Shown here: one piece after another, positions 9,702 through 18,950 of the stretch
Layout of the letters: every line of letters starts with the position of its first letter
Position numbering within the stretch: position 1 is the first letter of the stretch
NCBI GenBank assembly: GCA_020057295.1
Contig: JAGVGF010000005.1
Coordinates: 32,001-96,000 of the forward strand
Length of the DNA: 64,000 bases
Reading direction: 5' to 3'
Source of the DNA: an archaeon
GTDB lineage: Archaea > Nanobdellota > Nanobdellia > Woesearchaeales > UBA9642
Translations under genes and position numbers: made by a program
The notes under the pieces: generated by a model
The model's input: only the letters and a program-made list of their open reading frames with translations
Database searches by the model: none
Told to the model about the DNA's origin: nothing

Positions 9702-10502
9702 TTATTCTTTTTTCTCTTCATCTTTTGATTCTGACTTTTTAACAGGTTTCTTCTTAGCTGCAGGCTTTTTCTCAGCAGCATCTTTTGATTCTGACTTTTT
9801 AACAGGTTTCTTCTTAGCTGCAGGCTTTTTCTCAGCAGCATCTTTTGATACTGTGTCTGCAGTTAATGTTTCTACTTTTCCTGTAGTCATGTCCTGTAAT
9901 TTTGCTTGATCAATAAATATGATGTCGTCAGGCATTTTTGTTGTTGATGGCATTATTCTTACTTGTACACCAACTAGTCCTGTCTTTAATTTTGCTGAAT
10001 TGTATGCTGTATCTACACCTGATACTGCTATGTCTCCTGATTTTTTTAAGTATCCTAAGTAGAATCTCCATTTCTTAGCTCTACTGCTTGGAATCTTTCC
10101 TGAAATTAATATTTCTACACCACGTGCACCATTAGACATTACATCTGTAATTGCCTTATGTCCTATTCCTTTGAATCTTGCAGTGCCGAATCTTTCTAAT
10201 GAATTTGCAATACCTTCTGCAACAATACTTGCATCAGCCATCGGATTTTCTTCCTCTAATAATTCTATTTGAGGATTTTCTAATTTGAATCTCTCTTTTA
10301 ATTCTCTTGTTAATTTAGTAATGTTTGAACCTGATTTTCCTACTATTAATCCTGGTCTGCTTGAACAGATTATTATCTTCTCGCCAAGTGGCGTTCTTTG
10401 AACTCTTATATAACTTAATCCTGCTTTTCCTAATACACTTCGTAAGTATTCTTCTATTTGATATTCTTTAAGATTTTCTGCGACGAATTTTCTTTCTATC
10501 AT
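9702..10502 (-). CDS. rps3: 30S ribosomal protein uS3 with repeated C-terminal tail
   Basis: MIERKFV, RPGLIVGKSG (KH), GARGVEILISGK. Confidence 0.97.
   Translation of the reverse strand: MIERKFVAENLKEYQIEEYLRSVLGKAGLSYIRVQRTPLGEKIIICSSRPGLIVGKSGSNITKLTRELKERFKLENPQIELLEEENPMADASIVAEGIANSLERFGTARFKGIGHKAITDVMSNGARGVEILISGKIPSSRAKKWRFYLGYLKKSGDIAVSGVDTAYNSAKLKTGLVGVQVRIMPSTTKMPDDIIFIDQAKLQDMTTGKVETLTADTVSKDAAEKKPAAKKKPVKKSESKDAAEKKPAAKKKPVKKSESKDEEKKE
9719..9849. repeat. Exact 60-bp tandem duplication (about 2.2 copies) in the rps3 3' end
   Basis: 9721-9780 is identical to 9781-9840; encodes SKDAAEKKPAAKKKPVKKSE twice. Confidence 0.97.
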
Positions 10503-10503
10503 T

Positions 10504-11028
10504 TTAATTGTCCTTCTTTACTGTCTTCTTAACAGTCTTTGTTTCTTTAGTAGTATCTTTTGTCCTAGCTGCGTTTTTTGATGCTGCTAGTCCTTTTACT
10601 TCTTTTAATACTACTTCTATATGTGAATTTTTGAATATGCTTCTCTTCTTTCTACCATAATGCCAATTCTTTGGTCCTATTTGCATTGCGATATGTACAA
10701 CTTTTAAATCTGAACTGTTGAATCCTTTATTTTTTGCATTTGCTTCTGCTGATTTTATTACAGCTAATATTGCCTTACATGCTTTTGGATAATATCTTCC
10801 AGCACTCATTCCAGATTTATGACCTACACCATTACTAAATCTTACTATTGGTACTGGTCTTATAAAATCTATGGATTGTTGTAATAACATTTTAGCTTGA
10901 TTTACTGGTCTTCCACGAACATAATTACATATTTCTGTTGACTCTTTTGGTGAAATATCTAAATTTCTACCAACTGCCTTTACAGTGTTTTCTTCGCTTT
11001 TTTGGTACGAGTAATTGTGTTCTGCCAT
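10504..11028 (-). CDS. rpl22: 50S ribosomal protein uL22
   Basis: ISPKESTEIC, GRYYPKA, SAEANAKNKG, HIEVVL. Confidence 0.96.
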   Translation of the reverse strand: MAEHNYSYQKSEENTVKAVGRNLDISPKESTEICNYVRGRPVNQAKMLLQQSIDFIRPVPIVRFSNGVGHKSGMSAGRYYPKACKAILAVIKSAEANAKNKGFNSSDLKVVHIAMQIGPKNWHYGRKKRSIFKNSHIEVVLKEVKGLAASKNAARTKDTTKETKTVKKTVKKDN

Positions 11029-11047
11029 TTTAATCATTAATTATTAT

Positions 11048-11428
11048 TTATTTGACCGATAAGTTGCTGGATGATTTTGTTGCTCCAACTCCTGGTGCAT
11101 TGTGTTGAACCTTTCTTCGTGTTTGTGACAACTCACCGAAGAAGCATCCTATCATATCTTCTTGAATTATTACTGGGAAAAATTCTTTACCATTATGAAC
11201 TTTTATTGTTTTACCGACGAATTGTGGTAATACAATCATGTCTCTAACATGTGTTTCTATTGAATCTAATTTTGATAGTTTCTTCATTACTTTTTTCTTA
11301 CCTTCGTCAAATCCTCTACTTATGGATCTTCGTTGTCTTGCTGGTAATAATTCTGCAAATTCTGTCAAAGTCATATTTTGTAATTCTTCTAAGCTTTTTC
11401 CTCTGTAAGTAAATAATTTTTTAGCCAT
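11048..11428 (-). CDS. rps19: 30S ribosomal protein uS19
   Basis: FTYRGKSLEEL, THVRDMIVLP, HNGKEF, GVGATKSS. Confidence 0.98.
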   Translation of the reverse strand: MAKKLFTYRGKSLEELQNMTLTEFAELLPARQRRSISRGFDEGKKKVMKKLSKLDSIETHVRDMIVLPQFVGKTIKVHNGKEFFPVIIQEDMIGCFFGELSQTRRKVQHNAPGVGATKSSSNLSVK

Positions 11429-11440
11429 TTTGTTTCAACC

Positions 11441-12178
11441 TTATCTTCTTGGAGCTTCTCTAATTATAGCTTTTGTTTTTGATTGACCTGTTCTCTTTGG
11501 TCTTATGTAACCGACATTTCTACCTGGTGGAGCGTTCTGTGGAGCTGGTCTTGCCTTACTCTTTCTTGAACTTCTCTTGTTACCAAATGGATGGTCGACT
11601 GCGTTTTGTGCTGATCCTGACATTTGTGGGAATCTCTTCTTTCTTGCATTTCTGTAATGAGCCATTGTACCTGCTTTTAAGAATGGTTTATCCTTTCTTC
11701 CAGCACCTGCTACAATTCCTAATGTTGCTCTGCAATTTAAATGGAATTCTTTGATTCTCTTTGATGGTAATAATACTGATATTGCCTTATCTGTCTTTGA
11801 AACTACTTTTCCAAATGTTCCTGTTGTTCTACAGTATTTACCGCCGTCTCCTGGCATTCCTTCAATATTAAATACTGTTGTACCTTCTGGAACATCTTTT
11901 AATTGTAATGTATTTCCTAATTCTAATTCTGCATCCGGACCGACTTTTAATATTTGTCCTGTTCTTATTCCTTCTGGTGCAATCATTAAACCTGATGTGC
12001 CGTCATTATATTTTACTGATAATAATGGTGCTAGATGTCCTTGAGATTTAACTACATCTAATACTTCAGCACTAGTTACGCCATATTTTACTTTTGCTTC
12101 TCCTAAGTATCTGAAACTTGGAGCTGTAAAACTAGGTCCGCCTTTTCCACGTGCCTGTTGTGTTAAATTCTTACCCAT
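11441..12178 (-). CDS. rpl2: 50S ribosomal protein uL2
   Basis: MGKNLTQQARGKG, PGDGGK, NAVDHPFG. Confidence 0.98.
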   Translation of the reverse strand: MGKNLTQQARGKGGPSFTAPSFRYLGEAKVKYGVTSAEVLDVVKSQGHLAPLLSVKYNDGTSGLMIAPEGIRTGQILKVGPDAELELGNTLQLKDVPEGTTVFNIEGMPGDGGKYCRTTGTFGKVVSKTDKAISVLLPSKRIKEFHLNCRATLGIVAGAGRKDKPFLKAGTMAHYRNARKKRFPQMSGSAQNAVDHPFGNKRSSRKSKARPAPQNAPPGRNVGYIRPKRTGQSKTKAIIREAPRR

Positions 12179-12188
12179 TTGATTTACC

Positions 12189-12440
12189 TTATATTAATCC
12201 TAATTTTGTTGCGATGTCAATTGCTGGTGTTTCGTTACTGAACTTGACGTATGCTCTTTTCTTTGCATCTGGTCCGATTCTTGTTGTAACGCCAACGACT
12301 TTAACTTTGAAAAATGATTCAATCTCGCTCTTTATTGCTTGCTTTGTTGCTTTCTTATCTACTTCGAATATCAACTTATTTTCTGATTCCATTAACTTAA
12401 TGGACTTTTCTGTTGATAATGGATTTTTTACAACTTGCAT
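12189..12440 (-). CDS. rpl23: 50S ribosomal protein uL23
   Basis: PLSTEK, NKLIFEVD, KRAYVK. Confidence 0.97.
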   Translation of the reverse strand: MQVVKNPLSTEKSIKLMESENKLIFEVDKKATKQAIKSEIESFFKVKVVGVTTRIGPDAKKRAYVKFSNETPAIDIATKLGLI

Positions 12441-12475
12441 TTTTTCCTCAATGATTTTGATTTTTTCGTTTTTTA

Positions 12476-12534
12476 GATGAACTCACGTTTTCGTGACGTT
12501 CATCACTTTTTACGAGATTTTTTGTAAAAATCTC
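12476..12534 (-). promoter_or_regulatory. Two adjacent hairpins in the rpl4-rpl23 spacer
   Basis: GATGAAC-TCACG-TTTT-CGTGA-C-GTTCATC (12476-12504) and GAGATTTTT-TGT-AAAAATCTC (12514-12534). Confidence 0.6.
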
Positions 12535-13337
12535 TAATACTTGAATGATTTTGCTATTTCGTCTATTGCGCCTTCAGTGTATAATGTTAAACGTCCAATT
12601 GAACATCCTGGTGCTAATAATTCTGCACTTAGATGTGTTGGTGTTACAATGTCTACTCCTGAAATGTTTGCTGCTGCACTGTTTAATGCACATTTTTTTG
12701 ATACAACAAATAATACTGATTTTTTAACTTTGTATGGTCTGCCCCTATTCTTTCCAAGGCCTGCTCTATGAATTTTTTCTTTTGTTCTGTCTAATTCTGC
12801 TTTGAATCCTAAGTCGTGTAATAATGTTATTACATCTTTAGTTTTATCTATTGATTCAACATCATTTGATAGTATGAATGGGAATTCTTTTGGAAGTATA
12901 TGTCCTCTTGTTACTACTAAATCTTTAACCATTGTTGCAGCTAATGCTGAACATAATGCTTTCTTTCTCTCCTTAGTGTTTAATTTCTTAGACCAGATTC
13001 TGTCTGCTTTTGGAGGATGTGCTCTTCTTCCACCGACCGTATTTGGTGCTAATGCTCCAACCCAGTTGAATCTTGTTCCTCTCTTAGTCATTATTTTTCT
13101 AGGAGATCTTGCAATACCAATACCGTATGATCCTTTGTAGTCTCTTCTTCGTCTTGATAATTTTGCTGAAACCATCATTCCTGCATCTGGATTTGATCCG
13201 TATGGTTGTCTTGAATTTGCTTGTACAGTTAATACTGCTTTGTATATTAAATCAGGTCGAACTGTTTCACTAAATTGTGCTGGTAACTCTTTCTTTCCTG
13301 TTTCTTTTCCTTTTTTATCGAATATTGGTAATTTCAT
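12534..13337 (-). CDS. rpl4: 50S ribosomal protein uL4
   Basis: LPAQFSETVRPDLI, GGRRAHPPK, ELLAPG..GRLT. Confidence 0.98.
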   Translation of the reverse strand: MKLPIFDKKGKETGKKELPAQFSETVRPDLIYKAVLTVQANSRQPYGSNPDAGMMVSAKLSRRRRDYKGSYGIGIARSPRKIMTKRGTRFNWVGALAPNTVGGRRAHPPKADRIWSKKLNTKERKKALCSALAATMVKDLVVTRGHILPKEFPFILSNDVESIDKTKDVITLLHDLGFKAELDRTKEKIHRAGLGKNRGRPYKVKKSVLFVVSKKCALNSAAANISGVDIVTPTHLSAELLAPGCSIGRLTLYTEGAIDEIAKSFKY

Positions 13338-13344
13338 TTTGATT

Positions 13345-14322
13345 TTATTTTGCGTTTGTATTTATTTCTGATATTGTTGGCACTGTTTCTTGTGCTCTAT
13401 GTCTTAATGGTTTTGTGAATAGTATTGCTCTCTTTTGGGGACCAGCAACACTTCCTTTGATTATAATATATGTACTTTTTATTAATCCGTAATGTGGCCA
13501 TCCGCCTTTAGGATTTACATCTTCAGGTTTTGATCCTATCTTGAATATTTGTTTATTGTATTCTGTTCTTTGATGATAGCCCATTTGTCCTGGGTGAGCA
13601 ACTCTGTATAATACATGTCCTTGTCCGCTCCATGCGCCAAGTGTTCCTACTCTTCTAACTCCTTTCTCTGTCTTATGGTTCTTGAAGTGTACACCAAATC
13701 TTTTTACTGGACCTTGTAATCCTTTACCTTTAGTTACTGCATGTAAGTCTACAAATTCTCCTTCTTTGAAGAATGTTGAAACTGGTAATTCTTTATCGTG
13801 ATTTTCTCTAACAAATTTGATTTTATCTTCGACTTTTCCACTTAAACCGAGTTCGAATATTTCTGGTTTTTTCTTAGAAAGTCCTGCTAATCTTGGTTGT
13901 GTATAAACAAGTAATTTTACATCTGTATAATCTGCTGCATTTAATGCATCTATTTCAGAATTTCCTGTATGTGTTTTTGTAGGGACTATCTTTCTTGCTA
14001 AGTCCTTGTCTGTTTTGAATAATAATTCTTTAGAAACGCTCTTGCCCTTGTATGCTTGCTTGTATAATCTTACACCAGCAATTTTTATTGGTGGACATTC
14101 AACAACTGTTACTGGTGTTGCAATTTCTTCGCCTTTTGTAGTTGAAGTTTTTCTTGTATCGATGCCCATTAGTGTTGTCATGCCTACCTTGTAGCCCATG
14201 AATCCTAATAGAACATCTTTTGTTGGCTGAATCCATGATCTAACACGTGCATATTGTCTCTTAGCCTTTACTCTAGGCCAATACTGCATGCTTCCATGTC
14301 TTGGTGAATGAATTTTTGCCAT
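13345..14322 (-). CDS. rpl3: 50S ribosomal protein uL3
   Basis: PRHGSMQYWPR, GYKVGMT, TKGKGLQGPVKRFG, GQMGYHQRTEYNK. Confidence 0.98.
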   Translation of the reverse strand: MAKIHSPRHGSMQYWPRVKAKRQYARVRSWIQPTKDVLLGFMGYKVGMTTLMGIDTRKTSTTKGEEIATPVTVVECPPIKIAGVRLYKQAYKGKSVSKELLFKTDKDLARKIVPTKTHTGNSEIDALNAADYTDVKLLVYTQPRLAGLSKKKPEIFELGLSGKVEDKIKFVRENHDKELPVSTFFKEGEFVDLHAVTKGKGLQGPVKRFGVHFKNHKTEKGVRRVGTLGAWSGQGHVLYRVAHPGQMGYHQRTEYNKQIFKIGSKPEDVNPKGGWPHYGLIKSTYIIIKGSVAGPQKRAILFTKPLRHRAQETVPTISEINTNAK

Positions 14323-14359
14323 TTTGTTAAATTGACTTAAACATTATATAATCTACATA

Positions 14360-14550
14360 ACTTAGACTACCCCGCCTAAAGTCATATTATCATATTATTG
14401 CGGCATTGTGGTTTGCTTTTCGCATCGACCAATGCAATAATTGAGCCTCTCCGTGAATATCCTCTAGAAACATAAGTTTCGGGACATCCTTTTCAGGCCT
14501 TTGAACAATTCGCTTGATTAAAAGCGAATCCACATCGACGAATCAACGTT
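14360..14550 (-). ncRNA. Putative structured 5' leader RNA of the rpl3 operon
   Basis: Four hairpins with G-U pairs on the minus strand, lying between a TATA box (14575-14582) and the rpl3 ATG; more GC-rich than neighbouring spacers. Confidence 0.55.
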
Positions 14551-14574
14551 ATAGATAATAGGAACTTTTATTCA

Positions 14575-14582
14575 TTTATAAA
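14575..14582 (-). promoter_or_regulatory. Putative archaeal TATA box for the rpl3 operon
   Basis: TTTATAAA at the distal end of the intergenic region. Confidence 0.5.
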
Positions 14583-14623
14583 GTTAATGGTAAACTTAGA
14601 AAGGGTAAAATGTTGAAAAAGAG

Positions 14624-15799
14624 TTAAGAATGAATTATTTTTTCTTTCAATAATATTCCTCTCTTCTTCCATTCATCAACAAATTCTGCTGGAGGAATAT
14701 GTTGTTCTATTGTTAGTACACCGTTTTCGACGATTAAATCTTTTGCCATCATCTGTGCTACAATCGCTGCGGAATATCCTGTTGTTCTCTGCATCGCAGT
14801 ATGTCCTGTTTGTTCATTTTGAAAATCCACCAGATCATATTCTGCGTGGTAATTACCTTTTTGTAATGTGACGCGAACTAAGAGTATGTCTGGTGATTCA
14901 TAACTAATCATACCATCAATCAAATTTTCCGTAATAGCTCTCGGAGTAGTTCTCGTCTTCCCTATTGTTTTTTCTATCTCGCTAAAAAATCCTGAATCTT
15001 TAAATGCCTTCATCAGTTCCCAATGTCCTTTGTAACGCAGGGTCTTATAATCTAGAGAAGTTATAATTCCTTCGTATGTTTTCCCTAATGTTGACGATCC
15101 TCCAGAAGTATATGCTGCTTCGAGTTCTAGCATACCATTCTTAAATCGTGCATCTTTAAATATTATTTTCTCAATGCCTTCGAGTGATTCTACAATAGTT
15201 AATTCTCCATTATGTAATATTTCTGTAGGTTCTATATATTCATTTAGTAATCCGTGAACAGAAAATACTTTCTTATACCCTAGCGGACCTTTAGGATGTT
15301 GAGGTAAGCCTCCTACTCTAATATGCACGCTCTCGGGCATACCTTTGCCTAATTCAATCATTTTTGCAATACCATATTGAACTATAGTGCTTACTGCACC
15401 TGGAGCAATACCACAATCTGGAATAATTTTTACGCCAACAGATTTTGCTTGATGATTTAATGCAAACTGTCTACTAACAACAGTGTTATTTCCACCAAGG
15501 TCACAAAAATGTGAGCCAGTACTTATGGCTGCCCTGGTTAGAATTTCGTTAAACTCATAACTTGCAGCGCCTATAGCAACATCCATATGCCTCATTAACT
15601 CATGCATTTCTTGATAGTTATTAGCATCTGCTACAATAGTGTGTAATCTTTTATCTTTTATTCTCTTAAAAGCTCCTAAGAGATTTTCTGAAGATTTATC
15701 AACAAGTTCAACTCTGAAGGTTTCTTTATCTTGTAATAAATCGTACGCTATTGCTTCACCCATCGAACCTGAACCAACAATAAGATAGTTATAAGACAT
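14624..15799 (-). CDS. Saccharopine dehydrogenase / lysine 6-dehydrogenase family protein
   Basis: GSGSMG Rossmann motif, DLGGN, PDCGIAPG, VGGLPQ, YKTLRY, AMQRTTG. Confidence 0.9.
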   Translation of the reverse strand: MSYNYLIVGSGSMGEAIAYDLLQDKETFRVELVDKSSENLLGAFKRIKDKRLHTIVADANNYQEMHELMRHMDVAIGAASYEFNEILTRAAISTGSHFCDLGGNNTVVSRQFALNHQAKSVGVKIIPDCGIAPGAVSTIVQYGIAKMIELGKGMPESVHIRVGGLPQHPKGPLGYKKVFSVHGLLNEYIEPTEILHNGELTIVESLEGIEKIIFKDARFKNGMLELEAAYTSGGSSTLGKTYEGIITSLDYKTLRYKGHWELMKAFKDSGFFSEIEKTIGKTRTTPRAITENLIDGMISYESPDILLVRVTLQKGNYHAEYDLVDFQNEQTGHTAMQRTTGYSAAIVAQMMAKDLIVENGVLTIEQHIPPAEFVDEWKKRGILLKEKIIHS

Positions 15800-15899
15800 A
15801 TACTCTGGATAACTCTTTATTTTAAAAATATTATGTTATTACCTATCTTAGAATAGTTACAAATCAAGAGTTAACTATTTATTTTTTTATCTTAGAAAT

Positions 15900-16262
15900 T
15901 TATTCTATTTTACATCCACTATTTTTTGCTAAATTATAGAATGTTTGTTCTCCAGGATAATTTGTACCATTGACGTGCCATGTAGGATATCCATTCACAC
16001 CCGCACTCTTACATGTTCCGGGAGTTTTATCACAGTCTACAAAATCTATGTACTGAAACGAATTTCCAAATAATTTCTTTTGAGCCTGACAATGTGAACA
16101 CCATTCTGTACCATACATCGTAACATTTTTCTCAGTTAAACATTTGGCGAAACTGTCGAATTTTCCTGGCGTAACATCTGTAGAACATGCTGTAGTAATT
16201 ACTGTTAAAATAATTAATATTGTTAATGATAACATTTTCGTAGTATTTCTCAAAATATTCAC
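15900..16262 (-). CDS. Exported thioredoxin-fold protein (VKOR-partner type)
   Basis: Signal/lipobox TTAC, AKCL, MYGTEWCSHC, GYPTW. Confidence 0.85.
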   Translation of the reverse strand: MNILRNTTKMLSLTILIILTVITTACSTDVTPGKFDSFAKCLTEKNVTMYGTEWCSHCQAQKKLFGNSFQYIDFVDCDKTPGTCKSAGVNGYPTWHVNGTNYPGEQTFYNLAKNSGCKIE

Positions 16263-16814
16263 CTACTTTTTATTTTTCTTTTTCTTTCCAAACTTATCAG
16301 AATATATCTTCATCGCTTGTTGAATATATTTTCTTGCATAGGATGCATGCTGTATTGCTAATACTTTAACATGTTTGCCTTGTAATTGTTTATATGTTTC
16401 AAAGAAATGCCTTAATTCTAGTAATGAATGTTCTGGAATATCTGTTATATCTCTATATTTGTTAAATCTTGGATCTCCCGTATACACAGCTATAATTTTA
16501 TCATCCTTTTCATCTGCGTCAACCATATGTATTACTCCAATAGGTCTTACATGTACAATAGTTCTTGGATATACTGGAAATGATGATAATATTATTATAT
16601 CTAATGGATCATTATCTTCCCAATATGTTTGTGGGATAAATCCATAATCACCAGGATAATGTACTGCACTATATAGTACGCGGTCTAACTTCATTAAACC
16701 TGTTTCTTTATCAAGCTCGTATTTTAGCATAGAATTTTTCGGTATCTCTATGATTGCGTTTAATTCTTCAGGAGCTTCCTTCCCTACATGTACATCGTGC
16801 CACGGATTTGTCAT
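16263..16814 (-). CDS. ppa: Inorganic pyrophosphatase (family I)
   Basis: IEIP, KYELDK, DRVL, YGFIPQT, DNDPLD, HFFETYK; start MTNPWHD. Confidence 0.96.
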   Translation of the reverse strand: MTNPWHDVHVGKEAPEELNAIIEIPKNSMLKYELDKETGLMKLDRVLYSAVHYPGDYGFIPQTYWEDNDPLDIIILSSFPVYPRTIVHVRPIGVIHMVDADEKDDKIIAVYTGDPRFNKYRDITDIPEHSLLELRHFFETYKQLQGKHVKVLAIQHASYARKYIQQAMKIYSDKFGKKKKNKK

Positions 16815-16876
16815 AGTATAAAAGAATATTAGTAATATATAAGGTTTATGAAAATAAAAAAATAAAGAAAGAAGGT

Positions 16877-17695
16877 TTATGTTAAACAAGCATTATAGCA
16901 TGTTTCTAATGCTGCATCAGACAAATCCTTACTATCGCATTCAGCATAACATTCTCCTATAACATTTAAGTTAACTGTATCATTGCCATATTCTTGTCTT
17001 ATTTGAGTTAATTCTGCGTTCAAATCTATGATTTCTGCACCTGCAGGAAGATCAAAGTCAGAATCACTTACTGTTGTAGAATAACTTTTTGCAATGAATT
17101 CATTTGTTTCATTAACGTCTGTAAATTTATGATATAATAATACTCCTTCGTTTGAGAAACATAATTTTTCTTTTGATATATCATACTCAAATGCATAACA
17201 TTTTGCAGTATTTCCTACTACAGTCATTGTTCCATCGCGATATACTTTGAAACGCGCACTTTCATTGCCTTCTGATGTAATATTATTTTCATATTCTGTT
17301 ACTGCAAAATTTTCTGTAGGATCCTTTACCTCTTCAGGTTTTGCTGTGAAACAAGTGAATTTACCTGCTTCTTTGGTACAGATTGTGGCTTGAGTACCAA
17401 TCATATAAGATCGTGATTCTACGCCTTCAGATAATGTGTCCATACGATATTTACTTTCATTTTTCCAATATGTAGTAATTTCCGTTTTAGGATTTCCTGG
17501 TCCGAAGTCCATATCATATTTTATTGTGTGCTGTCCAGTAGGACCTTTTGATATCATATCTGTTAACTCTTTAAGTGTCGATAGTGTAGAGACAGTATCC
17601 AGAATAGATGTTCCTGTGTTGTTTTCTGATGTACCCGTCGAACAGCCATATAAAAAAATCGAAAGAACCAAAATCATAGACAAAATTATTTTCAT
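16877..17695 (-). CDS. Lipoprotein, LolA-like/DUF4412-like beta-rich domain
   Basis: Lipobox LYGC; KYRMD; VSDSDFDLP ending; Cys pairs. Confidence 0.6.
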   Translation of the reverse strand: MKIILSMILVLSIFLYGCSTGTSENNTGTSILDTVSTLSTLKELTDMISKGPTGQHTIKYDMDFGPGNPKTEITTYWKNESKYRMDTLSEGVESRSYMIGTQATICTKEAGKFTCFTAKPEEVKDPTENFAVTEYENNITSEGNESARFKVYRDGTMTVVGNTAKCYAFEYDISKEKLCFSNEGVLLYHKFTDVNETNEFIAKSYSTTVSDSDFDLPAGAEIIDLNAELTQIRQEYGNDTVNLNVIGECYAECDSKDLSDAALETCYNACLT

Positions 17696-17796
17696 TATAT
17701 CACCTTTATTTGTATTTCAGTCTTAAGGCAATATATAAATATTTCTGAAAAGCGAGTATAAACAAATATTACATTAGGAAAAATAATTAAAAAAAA

Positions 17797-18123
17797 CTAT
17801 CTCTGACTTCTAGCACGAAAATATTCTCCTGCAGTTAAAAATTTACAAACAGGACTCTTCTCGTTATATGAATTCATTATTTCTGCTGCCTTAGCAGTTC
17901 TGTCTTTAGAATGCGCGATCCTTACCTCGGTGCCCATATAATATCCGAATTGCAAGACACCGTATAGGCAAGCAGTCAAAAAAGTATATTTTACGCCTTT
18001 GCTAAAAACTCTCCATCCGAAATCTCCGATCTTTGTGTCTAACGAATTTACACTTGTCGAATCATTATTTTTAGACAAATCCAAAAAATCATCATCTATA
18101 TCCTCTAAATGTTGTTGTGTCAT
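17797..18123 (-). CDS. Hypothetical single-TM protein
   Basis: 108-aa ORF with SD-like AAGGTG; one hydrophobic segment. Confidence 0.6.
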   Translation of the reverse strand: MTQQHLEDIDDDFLDLSKNNDSTSVNSLDTKIGDFGWRVFSKGVKYTFLTACLYGVLQFGYYMGTEVRIAHSKDRTAKAAEIMNSYNEKSPVCKFLTAGEYFRARSQR

Positions 18124-18132
18124 TTTTTCACC

Positions 18133-18870
18133 TTACCCCATTATTAATCTTCCAAGTAACCTATTTCTTGTATTGACAAATTCTAATGTATGAAGATCTG
18201 ATGGGAATGTAAATAATCCTCCATATTCATGTCCTGTAGTATATATTGTATCTCTTCCGAGTTGTCTTCCATATACGAATTCGAAATAGCCTTTTTGTCC
18301 AAAGTATGTATCATGTATTCTTGTAATATCTGATTTTCTTAGAAATCCTTTAGTAATCGCAACGTCATCACCATCTATGCATGCATGATCTAAATATTGA
18401 CTAATATTTTCTTTTGGTTGACTTAATTCTCTTTGATTGCATACTCCCGGCTTATGTAGTGTTTCTATAAACATTCTTCCATTTCCATCTGTTATTGCTG
18501 TTCCAACAAACCCGTTTCCAGGATTGAATATTTGTGTAGTTATCAAAAAGGAATAATGTTTCAACTGACTATAATGCATTCTAATCCATTTTTCTACTTC
18601 TTCAGGATTTGTAACGCCAAATAGGAAATCTTTTTTGAGTCCATTACGTGATGTTGGGTCAAATATAAATAAGCAAGGTTTGTTTTTTTGTATGAAAGAA
18701 TGTATTTTTGCAGTATCTCGTACTTCTTCTCCATAATACGTTTCCCACAGTACTGTTTCTAGACCGAGGCTTTTGATTTGTGAATATACTTCTGAAGTCG
18801 GTCTTCTAGTGTAAGGAATATATACTCCTCGAGCACCCAGTGCATCAACCCAATCTTGCGTATTAGCCAT
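18133..18870 (-). CDS. Hypothetical protein (possible ATP-grasp-like fold)
   Basis: ~245-aa ORF; fold guess only. Confidence 0.55.
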   Translation of the reverse strand: MANTQDWVDALGARGVYIPYTRRPTSEVYSQIKSLGLETVLWETYYGEEVRDTAKIHSFIQKNKPCLFIFDPTSRNGLKKDFLFGVTNPEEVEKWIRMHYSQLKHYSFLITTQIFNPGNGFVGTAITDGNGRMFIETLHKPGVCNQRELSQPKENISQYLDHACIDGDDVAITKGFLRKSDITRIHDTYFGQKGYFEFVYGRQLGRDTIYTTGHEYGGLFTFPSDLHTLEFVNTRNRLLGRLIMG

Positions 18871-18950
18871 GCAATAGAAATTAAATAGCAATATATAAAA
18901 TTATTGTTTTGTATCTACTTTAAAATGAATATTGAACTAATATGATTTTG

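Noticed and set aside
9719-9849. Tandem repeat as a possible CRISPR array
   Set aside because: No spacers; in-frame coding duplication. No CRISPR array or cas gene was seen anywhere in the window
2245-14194. Many plus-strand ORFs of 60-170 aa overlapping the ribosomal genes
   Set aside because: Antisense shadows of well-identified r-protein genes, with Phe/Leu/Ser-rich composition and no motifs
14360-14550. Structured region as 5S rRNA, SRP RNA, RNase P RNA or tRNA
   Set aside because: No recognisable SRP helix-8 motif, RNase P GAGGAAAGUCC motif or tRNA cloverleaf/T-loop by eye
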